Assembly: GCF_032577575.1 (NCBI RefSeq)
Contig: NZ_JAWFVO010000003.1
Span: forward strand, 122,793-186,792
Direction of reading: 5' to 3'
From: Veillonella parvula
Lineage (GTDB): Bacteria > Bacillota > Negativicutes > Veillonellales > Veillonellaceae
Length of the DNA: 64,000 bases
Shown piece after piece: positions 1-11,118 of this stretch. The stretch's first letter is position 1. Each line of letters opens with the position of its first letter. Both the position numbers and the translations under genes were made by a program. A model generated the notes under the pieces. That model was not told the origin of the DNA. It saw nothing but the letters and a program-made list of their open reading frames with translations, and searched no databases.

Positions 1-381
1 GCAGGCGACGTAGTTGTAGGCGCTGGTGTTCTTAATACTGATGAAAGTGAAGCACAAGTGTTTACTATCTCTGAAGAAGGTTTTGGTAAACGCAATGATG
101 CGGAAGCTTATACATTGCAAAAACGCGGTGGTAAAGGCTCTAAGAACTTCAAGATTACGAACAAAACCGGCGATGTAGTAGCCGTAGAAGTTGTTCATAA
201 CGATGACGAAGTCATGCTTATTTCTGAGCAAGGTAAAATCATCCGCTTCAATATGAATGACATCGCTGTGAAGAAGGGCAAAGCTATCTCTGGTGTGAAA
301 ACACAAAATCTCGACGAAGGTGATAAGGTAGCTAGTATTGCTGTTATTCCAGGCGCTGAAATCGAAGAAGAAGTAGAATAA
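1..381 (+). CDS. gyrA: DNA gyrase subunit A, C-terminal beta-pinwheel (5' truncated by window)
   Basis: Pinwheel repeats (GFGKR..Y..QKRGGKG; G.IIRF; GV...NL..GD.V) and acidic tail. Confidence 0.9.
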   Translation, partial: AGDVVVGAGVLNTDESEAQVFTISEEGFGKRNDAEAYTLQKRGGKGSKNFKITNKTGDVVAVEVVHNDDEVMLISEQGKIIRFNMNDIAVKKGKAISGVKTQNLDEGDKVASIAVIPGAEIEEEVE

Positions 382-461
382 TATAAAACACTATATTAAC
401 TATTGAGTAATTATGGGCGACCATCTAAGATGGTCGCCTCTAGTGTTGGGGGAGTTTAAAA

Positions 462-833
462 ATGAAAAAATGGTTAGCTGCTATGTTTGCAGCAGGGGTT
501 TTCTTTGTAGGTGGCTTTGGTCAAGCTAGTGCTGCTGACTGGTACTATATTGATGCTGATGCTGACGATGCGGCATGGTTTATTGACAACTCGTCTGTAT
601 ATAAAACAGATGATGCGGCTACAGTACTTGTTAAAATCAACAATGTTGAAGGCTTTACATATATTTACACAGTACGGATTGATCGCAAAGAAAAAACATG
701 GACAGAACTTGATACAACAGTATATAGCAATGCTGGTATAGCATTGTTATCCAGTAAAGAAGCACAAAAACCTACGAAAATTGAACCGGATACCATGGGG
801 GCGGAAGTTATGCAGGCCCTATGGGGGAAATAA
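462..833 (+). CDS. Small secreted hypothetical protein, paralog of 2257-2631
   Basis: RBS GGGAG, signal peptide ending ASA, WY..W.IDN.SV motif. Confidence 0.8.
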   Translation: MKKWLAAMFAAGVFFVGGFGQASAADWYYIDADADDAAWFIDNSSVYKTDDAATVLVKINNVEGFTYIYTVRIDRKEKTWTELDTTVYSNAGIALLSSKEAQKPTKIEPDTMGAEVMQALWGK

Positions 834-852
834 TCCAACAATTTAATAGAAG

Positions 853-996
853 CTGATATTCGCTCTGTCTATTTAGATACTCAGAACGTATAAGTAGCCC
901 CGAACTATCCTGAAAGCCTCCATAGTGACCTAAGTCGTTTTCAGAATAGTTCGGGGCTTTCTATATTATTAGTACTCTTACAGGGCGAATATCAGT
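853..996. repeat. Nested inverted repeat (MITE-like or structured RNA)
   Basis: Outer arms GCTGATATTCGCTCTGT/ACAGGGCGAATATCAGT; inner arms AGCCCCGAACTATCCTGAAA/TTTCAGAATAGTTCGGGGCT. Confidence 0.7.
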
Positions 997-1118
997 TTTC
1001 AAATTCGTTGGATTACACACGGTAGAGGCATAGAGAATTATTTATTCCCTTATTTTATGGTATAATGTAAGGGAATAATTTTATTTATAAGGGATTAGAG
1101 CGGAATGGAGGTGTGTGT

Positions 1119-2162
1119 ATGCGTCGTTTTGAGTATGGTCAGATTCAATTTTTGTCGTGGGATATGGATATTTTGAGTCTTATTGCGGGGATTTATCGGG
1201 CAAATGGCAAGGAGGAGGTTTTGCTTTCACAGAGTCCTGCCATATTAGATTCGCTTGTGGAGTTGGCAAAGGTACAGAGTACAGAGGCTTCAAATGCGAT
1301 TGAAGGGATTGTGACGACGAGTACACGTCTCCGGCAGTTGGTGGCTGACAAGACGACACCTCGTAATCGGGATGAGCAGGAAATAATGGGATATCGCGAT
1401 GCATTGAATGTTATCCATAAGAGTTATGATTCTATATCGTTGTCTCGGAACCATATTTTACAGTTGCACAAGATTTTGTATAATTACCAGTTTAATGCAC
1501 GTGGTGGGCAGTTAAAGAGCTTACAGAATTATATTAGTGCTACGTATCCAGATGGTCGAACAGAGGTATTATTTACTCCACTAGCACCTTATGAAACGGC
1601 GGAGGCTCTCGATCAGATTTGCGCGGAATATAATCGGGTTGTAGGTAATGGCGAGGTGGAACCACTTCTAGCGATTCCCATTTTTATTCATGACTTTTTA
1701 TGTATTCACCCTTTTAATGATGGAAATGGTCGCATGAGTCGATTGCTGACGACGTTATTGCTGTATCGAAGTGGTTTTATGGTTGGTAAATATGTGTCCT
1801 TAGAGGCTAAAATTGCAGCAAATAAGGACATGTATTATGCGGCTTTACGCGAGTCTAGTGGTGCGTGGTATGGTGAAAGCTCCTGTCCTACGGCTTTCAT
1901 TCGGTATTGGTTACAAATGTTATTGGCCGCTTATCATGATTTTGAGGAGCGCAGTGCTTTGCTAGTAAATAGCGGTTCTGCGATGAATCAGGTGCAAGCT
2001 GCCATCGATAGGCATTTAGGGGCTTTCACAAAGCAAGATATTAGAGAATGGTGTCCAAATATCAGCGATAGTGCTATTGAAGGTGCAGTGCGTACACTTG
2101 TAAGAAAAGGCAGTATCCAGCGTAAGGGTGGTGGCCGTTCGACCTATTATGTGAAGCTTTAA
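1119..2162 (+). CDS. Fic family protein with C-terminal wHTH
   Basis: HPFNDGNGRMSR Fic motif; SNAIEG inhibitory-type helix; RBS GGAGGTG before ATG 1119. Confidence 0.92.
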   Translation: MRRFEYGQIQFLSWDMDILSLIAGIYRANGKEEVLLSQSPAILDSLVELAKVQSTEASNAIEGIVTTSTRLRQLVADKTTPRNRDEQEIMGYRDALNVIHKSYDSISLSRNHILQLHKILYNYQFNARGGQLKSLQNYISATYPDGRTEVLFTPLAPYETAEALDQICAEYNRVVGNGEVEPLLAIPIFIHDFLCIHPFNDGNGRMSRLLTTLLLYRSGFMVGKYVSLEAKIAANKDMYYAALRESSGAWYGESSCPTAFIRYWLQMLLAAYHDFEERSALLVNSGSAMNQVQAAIDRHLGAFTKQDIREWCPNISDSAIEGAVRTLVRKGSIQRKGGGRSTYYVKL

Positions 2163-2256
2163 GATTCGAGTCCATAAGTTTGTCTTTCATAAAATATTTA
2201 GTTTTCCCTTATATACTAGTTTGTATATTTTTGTATTTTCTTTGAGAGGTATTAAT

Positions 2257-2631
2257 ATGAAAAAAACATTGGCAGCTGTTTTGGCAGCAGGCGCATTATT
2301 AATCGGCGGTATTGGTAGTGTTGATGCGGCTAATTGGTATACAGTAGGCACTGATAGCAATGGTGTTACTTGGTCTATCGACAATGATTCTGTTAAAAAA
2401 GACGATAAAAAAGCGGTAATGGATATTAAAGCGATGGACTACGAAGGGTACCACTACATCGTGACTGAAGAGTTCAATCATAAAAAACGGGAAGTTAAGG
2501 ATCTTAAGGTGACTCTTTATAACCCACAAGGTTATGTTGTGAAAGAGGAACAAGTTAATAAAAATAGCCGTAAAGTTGAGCCAGGTACGCCTGCGTATGC
2601 TGTATTCCAACTTATTTGGGGCGGTAAATAA
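2257..2631 (+). CDS. Small secreted hypothetical protein, paralog of 462-833
   Basis: RBS GAGAGG, signal peptide, NWY..WSIDNDSV motif, IWGGK end. Confidence 0.8.
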   Translation: MKKTLAAVLAAGALLIGGIGSVDAANWYTVGTDSNGVTWSIDNDSVKKDDKKAVMDIKAMDYEGYHYIVTEEFNHKKREVKDLKVTLYNPQGYVVKEEQVNKNSRKVEPGTPAYAVFQLIWGGK

Positions 2632-2769
2632 TTGAATCCTACAGACGAGTACACTATTGATTAGTACAGGCTTGTTTAGATTGAATGATTTTGTGAAAGC
2701 TTCACTTGCGCACGTTCTTTTAAAGAGCGTGCGTTTTTTAGGTGAATTATTCATCTTTCTATGGTAAAA

Positions 2770-2785
2770 TGTGATTTATATTACA
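2770..2785 (+). promoter_or_regulatory. Possible CRP/FNR-family site upstream of the hydrogenase
   Basis: TGTGA-N6-TTACA, one mismatch to TGTGA-N6-TCACA. Confidence 0.35.
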
Positions 2786-2955
2786 CTTTTTCGGAGATTT
2801 TGTGCAAAAGTGTAACAATTCTACATAGTATAAACTTTCACCATAGCGTATACTATAGGTAAGATGCAGAAGTATGGCTTGGGCGTAGTGCTCCGTAGTT
2901 TGGCATATTTCGCCCCAATAGGTTTGGTAGTTATAGTTTGTTAGAGGAGGTCCTC

Positions 2956-4386
2956 ATGTCTCAATACGAATTTATCGATAAACGCGTGCCGATTGCACTC
3001 GACAATCCATCCATTTATCACGACATTTCCAAGTGTAAAAACTGTACGTTATGCCGTCGCGCTTGTGCGGATGTAATGAGCGTACTTGATTACTACGACC
3101 TTGATGCAAACGGCGATGTGCCTGTATGTATCCATTGCGGTCAATGTGCGGCAGCATGCCCATTCGACTCTATGCATGCTAAATCCGAGCTTGAAAAGGT
3201 AAAAGCAGCCCTTGCTGATCCTGAAAAAATCGTCGTAATTCAAACAGCTCCAGCTGTTCGTGTAGCAATTGGTGAAGGCTTCGGTTATGAACCGGGCACA
3301 TTCTTGGAAGGTAAAATGGTCGGTGCCTTGCGTGCACTTGGTGCAGACTATGTAGTAGATACTAACTTTGGTGCGGACTTAACCATTATGGAGGAAGCAT
3401 CCGAGCTTGTAGAACGCCTTAAAAATGGCGGACAAATTCCTCAGTTTACAAGCTGCTGCCCAGCGTGGGTACGCTTTGCGGAAATCTATTTCCCTGAGTT
3501 GATTCCTAACTTGTCTTCTACACGTTCTTGTATCGCTATGGAAGCGGCTATGATTAAAACTTACTTTGCAGAGAAAAAAGGCATCGATCCTCGCAACATT
3601 GTGTCCGTATCTGTAAACCCTTGTACTGCTAAAAAAGCAGAAACAAAACGAGAAGAAGAAAATGCAGCGGCTCGTTATCATAATGATGACTCCCTTGGCA
3701 TGGATACAGATATTTCCATCACAACTCGTGAGTTCATCCGTTGGATTCAAGAGGAAAACCTCGACTTCAATGCCATTGAAGATTCTAAATTTGATGATTT
3801 AATCGGTATGGAAACTGGTGCATCCATTATCTTCGGTAACACCGGTGGTGTTATGGAAGCAGCGATGCGTACGGCTTACAAGCTCATCACTGATAAAGAG
3901 CCACCTCCATATGCGTTGACTCACCTCGAGGACGTTCGCGGTATGGAAGGCGTAAAAGAGGCGACTGTTCAATTGGGTGATGATGTAACATTGTCGGTTG
4001 CCGTTGTTCACGGTGGTAAAAATACACGTGACTTTTTGAATGCTTTGAAAGAAAACGGTAAACATTATGACTTCATTGAAGTTATGGCGTGCCCAGGTGG
4101 CTGTATCGGTGGCGGTGGTCAACCGCGTACTAAATTGCCTCAAGCGGTTAAAACTAAGGAAGCTCGTATCGGCGGCCTTTACGAAGCTGACGAAAACTAT
4201 AAATGGGTTGCGTCCTATGAAAATGAAGAAATTCAAACATTGTACAAAGATTTCTTAGGCGAACCATTGGGTCACAAGGCGCACGAACTTTTACACACAC
4301 ACTACACAGATCGTAGCGCGGTTCTTGGTACTCGTAAAGACGTAACACCTAAAACATGTCCAACATCCCCTAAATTTAAAGGTTAA
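2956..4386 (+). CDS. hydA: [FeFe] hydrogenase, group A, with 2x[4Fe-4S] domain
   Basis: H-cluster motifs FTSCCPAW, PCTAKKAE, EVMACPGGCIGGGGQP; two CxxCxxCxxxC motifs. Confidence 0.93.
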   Translation: MSQYEFIDKRVPIALDNPSIYHDISKCKNCTLCRRACADVMSVLDYYDLDANGDVPVCIHCGQCAAACPFDSMHAKSELEKVKAALADPEKIVVIQTAPAVRVAIGEGFGYEPGTFLEGKMVGALRALGADYVVDTNFGADLTIMEEASELVERLKNGGQIPQFTSCCPAWVRFAEIYFPELIPNLSSTRSCIAMEAAMIKTYFAEKKGIDPRNIVSVSVNPCTAKKAETKREEENAAARYHNDDSLGMDTDISITTREFIRWIQEENLDFNAIEDSKFDDLIGMETGASIIFGNTGGVMEAAMRTAYKLITDKEPPPYALTHLEDVRGMEGVKEATVQLGDDVTLSVAVVHGGKNTRDFLNALKENGKHYDFIEVMACPGGCIGGGGQPRTKLPQAVKTKEARIGGLYEADENYKWVASYENEEIQTLYKDFLGEPLGHKAHELLHTHYTDRSAVLGTRKDVTPKTCPTSPKFKG

Positions 4387-4778
4387 TGATAGCCGATTGC
4401 TTAAATATGGTGCAAGTAAACATATAGTAGCGTTTGCTATTTAGGGTACAACAATATAAAATAGAAAATCCTACGGGTCATGAGTGACTTGATACTCACG
4501 TAGCCTTTTGTTACAGTGCGGTCACTTTTTAAACGATTCGTAGGATTTTTTTATATAATTATTCAAAATTCACATATTTTTACTGTATAACTTTATTATA
4601 ATAATTCAGTATAAAAAAAATTATTTTATTATGAGGAAAAGATGAATCATTTAGTGTATAATATAAAAATATACTGTACGGATCAAGAGGGGACTTATGG
4701 GTGTTGCATTGGGAGAGCAACATAGAAAGCCCATAATATTCATAATATTGCGTAAGCATTAAGGAGCTTTTAGGAGAG

Positions 4779-5927
4779 ATGAACCAGTTTTTTCGGCGGG
4801 TCCTGAGTGGCCTTGCCTTACTAGTTGCTGTCGTTGGTACAACTGGATGCCAACATGAGAGTCAGGCAGAACAAGAAACGGTACGAACTGTATCGTACCG
4901 TGCCGTCCTGGAGTCCGACAAACCCGTGTCTGAAAAGGTGGACACTTGGATTGCGGCCATGTCTCAAGAGGATAAGGTGGGGCAGCTGATGATGATCAGC
5001 CTTCATGGTAGTACGATAGGACAATCCCAAAAGGATGTGATTCGAAAATACCGTGTCAGTGGCGTGATGCTAACGAATGAAAATCTTATTAATAAGAACC
5101 AAGTGAAAACTTTCACCAGCGATATTATGCAAACGGCGATAACCTCTAGCATGGTGACACCCTATATTGCGGTGCATCGTGATCGCATATTGCATGGGAA
5201 TGAAAGTTTCTTGCGGTTGCCGAAGCCCAATCGGTGGGGGCAATTGCCTATGGATCGTATCATTAATTTGGCCACGCGATCTGCTATTGAAATGCGGGAT
5301 ATGGGCTTTAACTTGGTTATTGGGCCTAATGCTAACCTTGGTGTACCGAATATGTCCTATACATCGGACCCCACGTGGGCAGGTCATATAAACCTTGCCA
5401 TGGTGGAGCGTTACCAAATTAATCATATGTGGTCCGCTTATAACTACTTTCCGGCAGTGACCTTAGGGGATGCGTCCTTTGGTTCAGCTAATGAGGCGAA
5501 AGCGTATCTCAGCAATAATGATGTAGCCGTCTTTAAACGGCTCATTGCGCAGACAACGGCGAATAGCTATATGCTTGTGATGAGCCACATTCAGATTCCT
5601 GCTATCGATAATGAACACTTGGCGAGTTCCTCTAAGCCGATTATTGATGGTTGGCTTCGCAAGGAGCTTGGTTATAAAGGTATCGTTATGACGGACCGTA
5701 TCGATGTGGGTGCGTTGCAATCCAATCAAAAGATAGGCGATTACGCTGTGGCTTCCATTTTGGCGGGCAGTGACCTCATTCTTGTTGATGCGGATACGAT
5801 TCATATCGATGAAGTCCATCGTGCGCTGACGCAAGCGGTGGCGGATGGAACGATTACGACCGAGCGGCTTAACGAATCGGTTAAGCGCATCTTATTGATG
5901 AAAATGCAAACGCAAATGGATCCATAA
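4779..5927 (+). CDS. GH3 (NagZ-like) lipoprotein with degenerate catalytic motifs
   Basis: Lipobox-like TTGC; EDKVGQL, LRKELGYKGIVMTD, AGSDLIL, RLNESVKRIL. Confidence 0.8.
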   Translation: MNQFFRRVLSGLALLVAVVGTTGCQHESQAEQETVRTVSYRAVLESDKPVSEKVDTWIAAMSQEDKVGQLMMISLHGSTIGQSQKDVIRKYRVSGVMLTNENLINKNQVKTFTSDIMQTAITSSMVTPYIAVHRDRILHGNESFLRLPKPNRWGQLPMDRIINLATRSAIEMRDMGFNLVIGPNANLGVPNMSYTSDPTWAGHINLAMVERYQINHMWSAYNYFPAVTLGDASFGSANEAKAYLSNNDVAVFKRLIAQTTANSYMLVMSHIQIPAIDNEHLASSSKPIIDGWLRKELGYKGIVMTDRIDVGALQSNQKIGDYAVASILAGSDLILVDADTIHIDEVHRALTQAVADGTITTERLNESVKRILLMKMQTQMDP

Positions 5928-6398
5928 GATATTTAGGAATATTAGATTTTGTAATTAGGAATTTACGAATTAGATATTTACAAGTTAGATATTTACTATT
6001 AAGAAACTTAGTATAAGAAAATTCGGTAACAATTTAATATACTTTATATGCAAATGACGTGCTATACCTCTCAGGTAGCACGTCATTTTTAAAATATATA
6101 GATTAAATTATACATATTAAACTATATAGATTAAAATCTATAGTTTAATATGTATAGCTTATAATGTATAACTTATATAACCACGCCTTATAGGATATGT
6201 TGATATCAAATGTATATGAAAATAAAGTAATCATAAGGCCTTTTATGATGATAAGGCAACATGTATCGCATAAAAGCTCTGATTTGATGCGTAAAAAAAT
6301 TAACATAATAAAAAGCTATGTTAACTATATGAAAAAAAGTTTAATAATGATTTAAAATTATGATATAATAATTTCCGTAAATAGTTGGAGGTGAGTAT

Positions 6399-7463
6399 AT
6401 GAATTTTGTGGGACGTGCTGAAATTATAGAGCGTATCCAGTCCCGAATTGCAATGGGCCAAATGAGTTTATGTGTTGTATATGGTCCTCATCGCAGTGGT
6501 AAATCCTATGTGGCTTCGCAACTTGTACGCCGTCATAAGGCGATATATTTGGCGGGGCGCATGGCCAATGAATCAGTCCATGTGGCTGATATAAATAGAG
6601 CTCTTGAGGCACGTTTTGTTCCTGCTAATGCTCAAGATACATTCGAGCCTGTAGAGAGTTTGCAGCAGGCTTTTGTGAGACTTTTTGAAAGCAGTGTGAA
6701 AACACCTCAGACTGTGGTGATTGACGATTATCCATCTTTGGTGGAAGCAGTTCCTCAGTTTCCCATTCACTTGCGCGATTTGTTAGATACCTACAAAGAT
6801 ACGAGCCGTTTGAACATCATTTTGATGGCTAATGGTCTGGAACAACTCGATGGCCGCATCATTGGCGATCGTAGCCTCATTGGGCCTTTCGTGTCCGAAT
6901 ATCTTGAGGTGAAACCATTTTCCTTGGTTGATATGAAATCCTTGGGTCTTCACTATGCAAAGGATGATTTGCGCACCGTCTTTGCCGTAACCGGTGGGTT
7001 ACCTGCCTATGTGCAATACTTTGATAATGGTGAAAGCATCGATACGAATATTATTAACTTGTTCTTCTCAGTAACGGGAGCTCTCTTTGAAGAAACACAA
7101 TATATTTTGCATCGAGATATGAAGAATATAACTGGCGCCAATGCCATTTTAACGGGCCTTGCTAGCTTGGAAAGACCGTACTACGTAGAGCTTTTACAAG
7201 AAAGCCAAATTAAAAGTGGCACCTTTACATCTCGTTTGAACGATCTCATGTCCATGGGGCTCGTGGGCCGTATTCAGGCAAGTAACCGTGGGAACGCAAA
7301 GTACGCGGATTACCATTTTACGAACAGTATGTTCCATTTCTGGTACCGCTATGTATATAAATATTGGGGCGATATCGTGCGCGGTTATGGCGCTGATGTA
7401 TATTATAATCATGTAAAACCGCAGCTAAAGGACTTTGTCCAAGCCGCGTGTATTGCGATTTAA
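6399..7463 (+). CDS. P-loop ATPase (archaeal-ATPase/ATPase_2 family) with wHTH
   Basis: Walker A GPHRSGKS, Walker B VVIDDY, TGGLPAY, FHFWYRYV. Confidence 0.8.
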   Translation: MNFVGRAEIIERIQSRIAMGQMSLCVVYGPHRSGKSYVASQLVRRHKAIYLAGRMANESVHVADINRALEARFVPANAQDTFEPVESLQQAFVRLFESSVKTPQTVVIDDYPSLVEAVPQFPIHLRDLLDTYKDTSRLNIILMANGLEQLDGRIIGDRSLIGPFVSEYLEVKPFSLVDMKSLGLHYAKDDLRTVFAVTGGLPAYVQYFDNGESIDTNIINLFFSVTGALFEETQYILHRDMKNITGANAILTGLASLERPYYVELLQESQIKSGTFTSRLNDLMSMGLVGRIQASNRGNAKYADYHFTNSMFHFWYRYVYKYWGDIVRGYGADVYYNHVKPQLKDFVQAACIAI

Positions 7464-7756
7464 TCAGACAATCTCAGATTGAATACTACTACCTAAAGAT
7501 TGAATACTATTACCCAATGATAGTATATATTTCCTCTAAAAAATGACACCACATTATGTATGTGGTGTCATTTTTGGTAATTATCTATTTTCAGCAATTA
7601 CCCTTTGAATCGCATAGGTACGGTGTACTATGGATAGAAATTAAGGTTCAAATATAACAGAATATAGGGAAATTCCAAGGAATTGCCAATTTGTCAAAAC
7701 ACTCTTTCCGCGGTATTGTGTACATAAGCGCTATGCCATGGCAGGAAAGGGGATTT

Positions 7757-8623
7757 ATGTTATACACAAACGAAGAACCTTTAGTACAAAGAACATGTAT
7801 TAAAACTGCAAACTTACAAGGTGACAATTTTCAGTTAGAAACGTTAGAAACACAGGCATTACCATCTCATTCTTTACTATCGAAAGCTAATGAGTCTAGG
7901 GAAAGTATTCCAGAGGAATTGAAATTACAGACCCTCGTCTGTGGTCATCAAGTTTTATCGTCCTTGTCGGACAAGAGTCTCGTATCCATCTGTCAAAAGC
8001 CGAATATGAGGATTCAGACGGTAGGATATCAGCCTTGGTCCGTTGATGAGCTTCGCCATGATGCGGTACAAATCGAGCTTTGTCGCAGGTATCGACCGCT
8101 CATCTTGCACTATACGAATCGCATGGGAAACCGTGAGTTCCGCGAGGACGTAGAGAGCTATCTTTGGGCCATCCTCATAGAATCGATTTATAGCTTTGAT
8201 TTGAACGGGGCCGTACCGTTCCCAGGCTTTGTGAAAGCTGGCATTATGTACGGTTACATGCGGTACTGGAAGCGTGAGCGATTGCGTTATCGCCGTGAAA
8301 TTCACATCCCAGATCGCACCACCGATGATGGAGAAGTCACCTTTGGCATGGATATCTTCGCATCTGGCGAAAATGTGGCGGATATGGTGATGAGTGCCGA
8401 CGAAGAGCATAGGCTGCGAGCACGCCTCGTATGGGCCTTAGGTAGATTGTCTCCTGATCAACGAGACCTACTGCGCCGTGTCTACGGTGAATGCCAAAGC
8501 TTGGTATCGGTTAGTGAAGAATTGAACTGTAGTCGTCAAGCTATCCAACGGCGCCACGAACGAGCCATTCGGAAGCTGCGCAGGTATTTGAGTACGGACT
8601 TTACAGACGTGCGTGTGCATTAG
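7757..8623 (+). CDS. Alternative sigma-70 family factor with N-terminal extension
   Basis: Region 2-like (YRPLI..REDVES..FD...VPFPGFV) and region 4 HTH (LSPDQRDLL..SLVSVSEELNCSRQAI); RBS AAAGGGG. Confidence 0.8.
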   Translation: MLYTNEEPLVQRTCIKTANLQGDNFQLETLETQALPSHSLLSKANESRESIPEELKLQTLVCGHQVLSSLSDKSLVSICQKPNMRIQTVGYQPWSVDELRHDAVQIELCRRYRPLILHYTNRMGNREFREDVESYLWAILIESIYSFDLNGAVPFPGFVKAGIMYGYMRYWKRERLRYRREIHIPDRTTDDGEVTFGMDIFASGENVADMVMSADEEHRLRARLVWALGRLSPDQRDLLRRVYGECQSLVSVSEELNCSRQAIQRRHERAIRKLRRYLSTDFTDVRVH

Positions 8624-8883
8624 TTATTATAATTTAATTTCTTATTTATATCCTATATATTGCATATTTCTTTTAATCTCGATTAACGAATATACATAAA
8701 ATATGCAATTCTCAATTTAAATGAGAAAATAATGACACATCAAGGTATATATAACTTTTACAAGATCATAAAGTCATTAAATATACGTAAATTTCTATAG
8801 TTTTGTATATATATTTACAAATTATACAGGCTGATATACAATTAAGTCAGCAGCAGATTAAAGCATGCTAATCTGCTTTCACA

Positions 8884-8895
8884 GAACACGTGTTC
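8884..8895 (+). promoter_or_regulatory. LexA (Cheo) SOS box
   Basis: Perfect palindrome GAAC-ACGT-GTTC about 50 nt upstream of ATG 8943. Confidence 0.6.
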
Positions 8896-8942
8896 ATTGT
8901 ATTGTTGAAAGGAATGTTCCTGATTAGATTGGAGAGAATTCC

Positions 8943-9551
8943 ATGGCAATAGATGATAAACTAACAGATTTGATGGCCGCTCGGCTATCTAAGGGAGAAG
9001 ATTTGGATTTGATCTATACGAATCCAAAGAATCACATTGTTTGTTTTATTCCTACCTATCAACCTAGTGGTGGGGACAGTACGAAGTGTTATTTTGTGGA
9101 TGGTCGTGAAGAAATGGTTCATTTGCCGATGCGCACGATCACGCGAGAGCTAGCGATGCAGGAAGGGCTGAGACCCAATTACATCATGACCAGCGACGGT
9201 CGACGTAGCAGCTATACCGCGCCTAAGACTTATGGTCCGCATCTAACCTTTGCTCATATTAAATGTCGCCGCCCTATCGGTAAGGACGTGGTGTACGGCC
9301 TCTTTAACGTGGCTATACCCTATGAATATATCGTTACAGAAGGTCCGGAACCCGATACGAGCTATATTCATGTGGCGGACTTTGCACCCATCTTGGTGTA
9401 CCAATCTCCGCGTCATGTCAAACACAAACTGAACGAAGCGATGCTAGAACACTGCAACTACGTGCGAAAAATGCTAGCCCGCATCAAACTTAGCCAAAAC
9501 CCTCAAGTCGTGGCCGAACTATTTATCGCCTGGAGAGACCTAACGAGATAA
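8943..9551 (+). CDS. Hypothetical protein, ComK-like regulator
   Basis: RBS GGAGAG; size and residue pattern resemble the ComK family (weak). Confidence 0.5.
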   Translation: MAIDDKLTDLMAARLSKGEDLDLIYTNPKNHIVCFIPTYQPSGGDSTKCYFVDGREEMVHLPMRTITRELAMQEGLRPNYIMTSDGRRSSYTAPKTYGPHLTFAHIKCRRPIGKDVVYGLFNVAIPYEYIVTEGPEPDTSYIHVADFAPILVYQSPRHVKHKLNEAMLEHCNYVRKMLARIKLSQNPQVVAELFIAWRDLTR

Positions 9552-9740
9552 TTCGTTGGACGGTGAAAGTAGAAATAGGAGGGTGGAGAGAAATTTGGAA
9601 AAGGAGGATAGGCGTATAAGAAAATAAATGAAACTGCGGGAGCAGATGAATTATTAAAAATGAGTTACATATGGCACCTCAATAGAGCTACCTTATATAA
9701 GGTAGCTCTATTTTCATATATTTTTCATTAATGCTAGTGA

Positions 9741-9915
9741 TGTGCTATAATAGACCTAGATTTAATCTTTGGAAAAATAAATCTGCGCCGTTGTGATAGT
9801 GGCGCGGTTAAACGACATTATTTTAGCTCGGTAAAGTGCCTTTCGGAGTGGATTTACAATCTCCGCCGTTTTTGGTATTTTAGAACCAGTAAATATCTGT
9901 TGTTTCGAAGACAGG
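9741..9915 (+). promoter_or_regulatory. Family-B CRISPR leader with extended -10 promoter
   Basis: TGnTATAAT; homologous leaders at ~44144-44316, ~46811-46984 and truncated at ~13235-13349. Confidence 0.85.
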
Positions 9916-11118
9916 GTTAAATTAAATAATCCCCTGATGGGGACGGAAACTAGATGAAATATCATCATTTAATAATCCATTACCTAAACATGGGTTAAAT
10001 TAAATAATCCCCTGATGGGGACGGAAACGTCATCTAAGTGCATTGATGGAAATTGGTCTATTCCAAATCAGTTAAATTAAATAATCCCCTGATGGGGACG
10101 GAAACCAGTGATTGGGTTTTTCATGTTAAACCTCACTTTCTCTCCGGTTAAATTAAATAATCCCCTGATGGGGACGGAAACTCTATTTAAATAGAGTTGA
10201 CTTAGAGCATCCTATGAATAGCAGTTAAATTAAATAATCCCCTGATGGGGACGGAAACAGCCTGTTGGCTTGCCTTTCGTTAATTAAAGATTATTGAAAG
10301 GTGTTAAATTAAATAATCCCCTGATGGGGACGGAAACCACCATTCGGTGATATAACGTACCGTTTTCATACCAAGGTGTGAGTTAAATTAAATAATCCCC
10401 TGATGGGGACGGAAACCCTTTATTTGCTAATAACTTCATTAGCATAGCATTTTGTGCTTGTTAAATTAAATAATCCCCTGATGGGGACGGAAACAAAATG
10501 GATTGATTTTAAACCAATCGCAAAAGAAAAATATTACGTTAAATTAAATAATCCCCTGATGGGGACGGAAACCAGAATGGCTTGGGAATAACCAATGCTT
10601 ACACTTTTGAGCGTATGTTAAATTAAATAATCCCCTGATGGGGACGGAAACATAATTTCCGTTGATGTCATATAGTTCGCTATCTGTTTGTGTTAAATTA
10701 AATAATCCCCTGATGGGGACGGAAACAATATCCATACTGCACTCCTTTCAATAAAAATTACACGACAGTTAAATTAAATAATCCCCTGATGGGGACGGAA
10801 ACTTGTTTCATATTGAAGGAGTAAGTTAAATGACATTAGATGATATGTTAAATTAAATAATCCCCATTAGGGGACGGAGACTTATCAGATAAAGCGGATA
10901 CATAGTTTACGATTGTTAAATTCAGTTAAATTAAATGATCCCCATTAGGGGTCGGAAACATACCTTATTCAACCAAACCATTAATACAGTGTAATACCTG
11001 TTTTGTTAAATTAAATGATTCCCATTAGGGGACGGAAACTTCATTCTCACACCAGCAATATTTTGTTTCATCTTTGACTAGCAGTTAAATTAAATAATCC
11101 CCATTAGGGGACAGAGTA
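9916..11118 (+). CRISPR. Array 1, family B repeat GTTAAATTAAATAATCCCCTGATGGGGACGGAAAC, 16 repeats/15 spacers
   Basis: 35-nt repeats, ~40-45 nt spacers, degenerate 3' end; ACGGAAAC type III-A-like tag. Confidence 0.98.
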
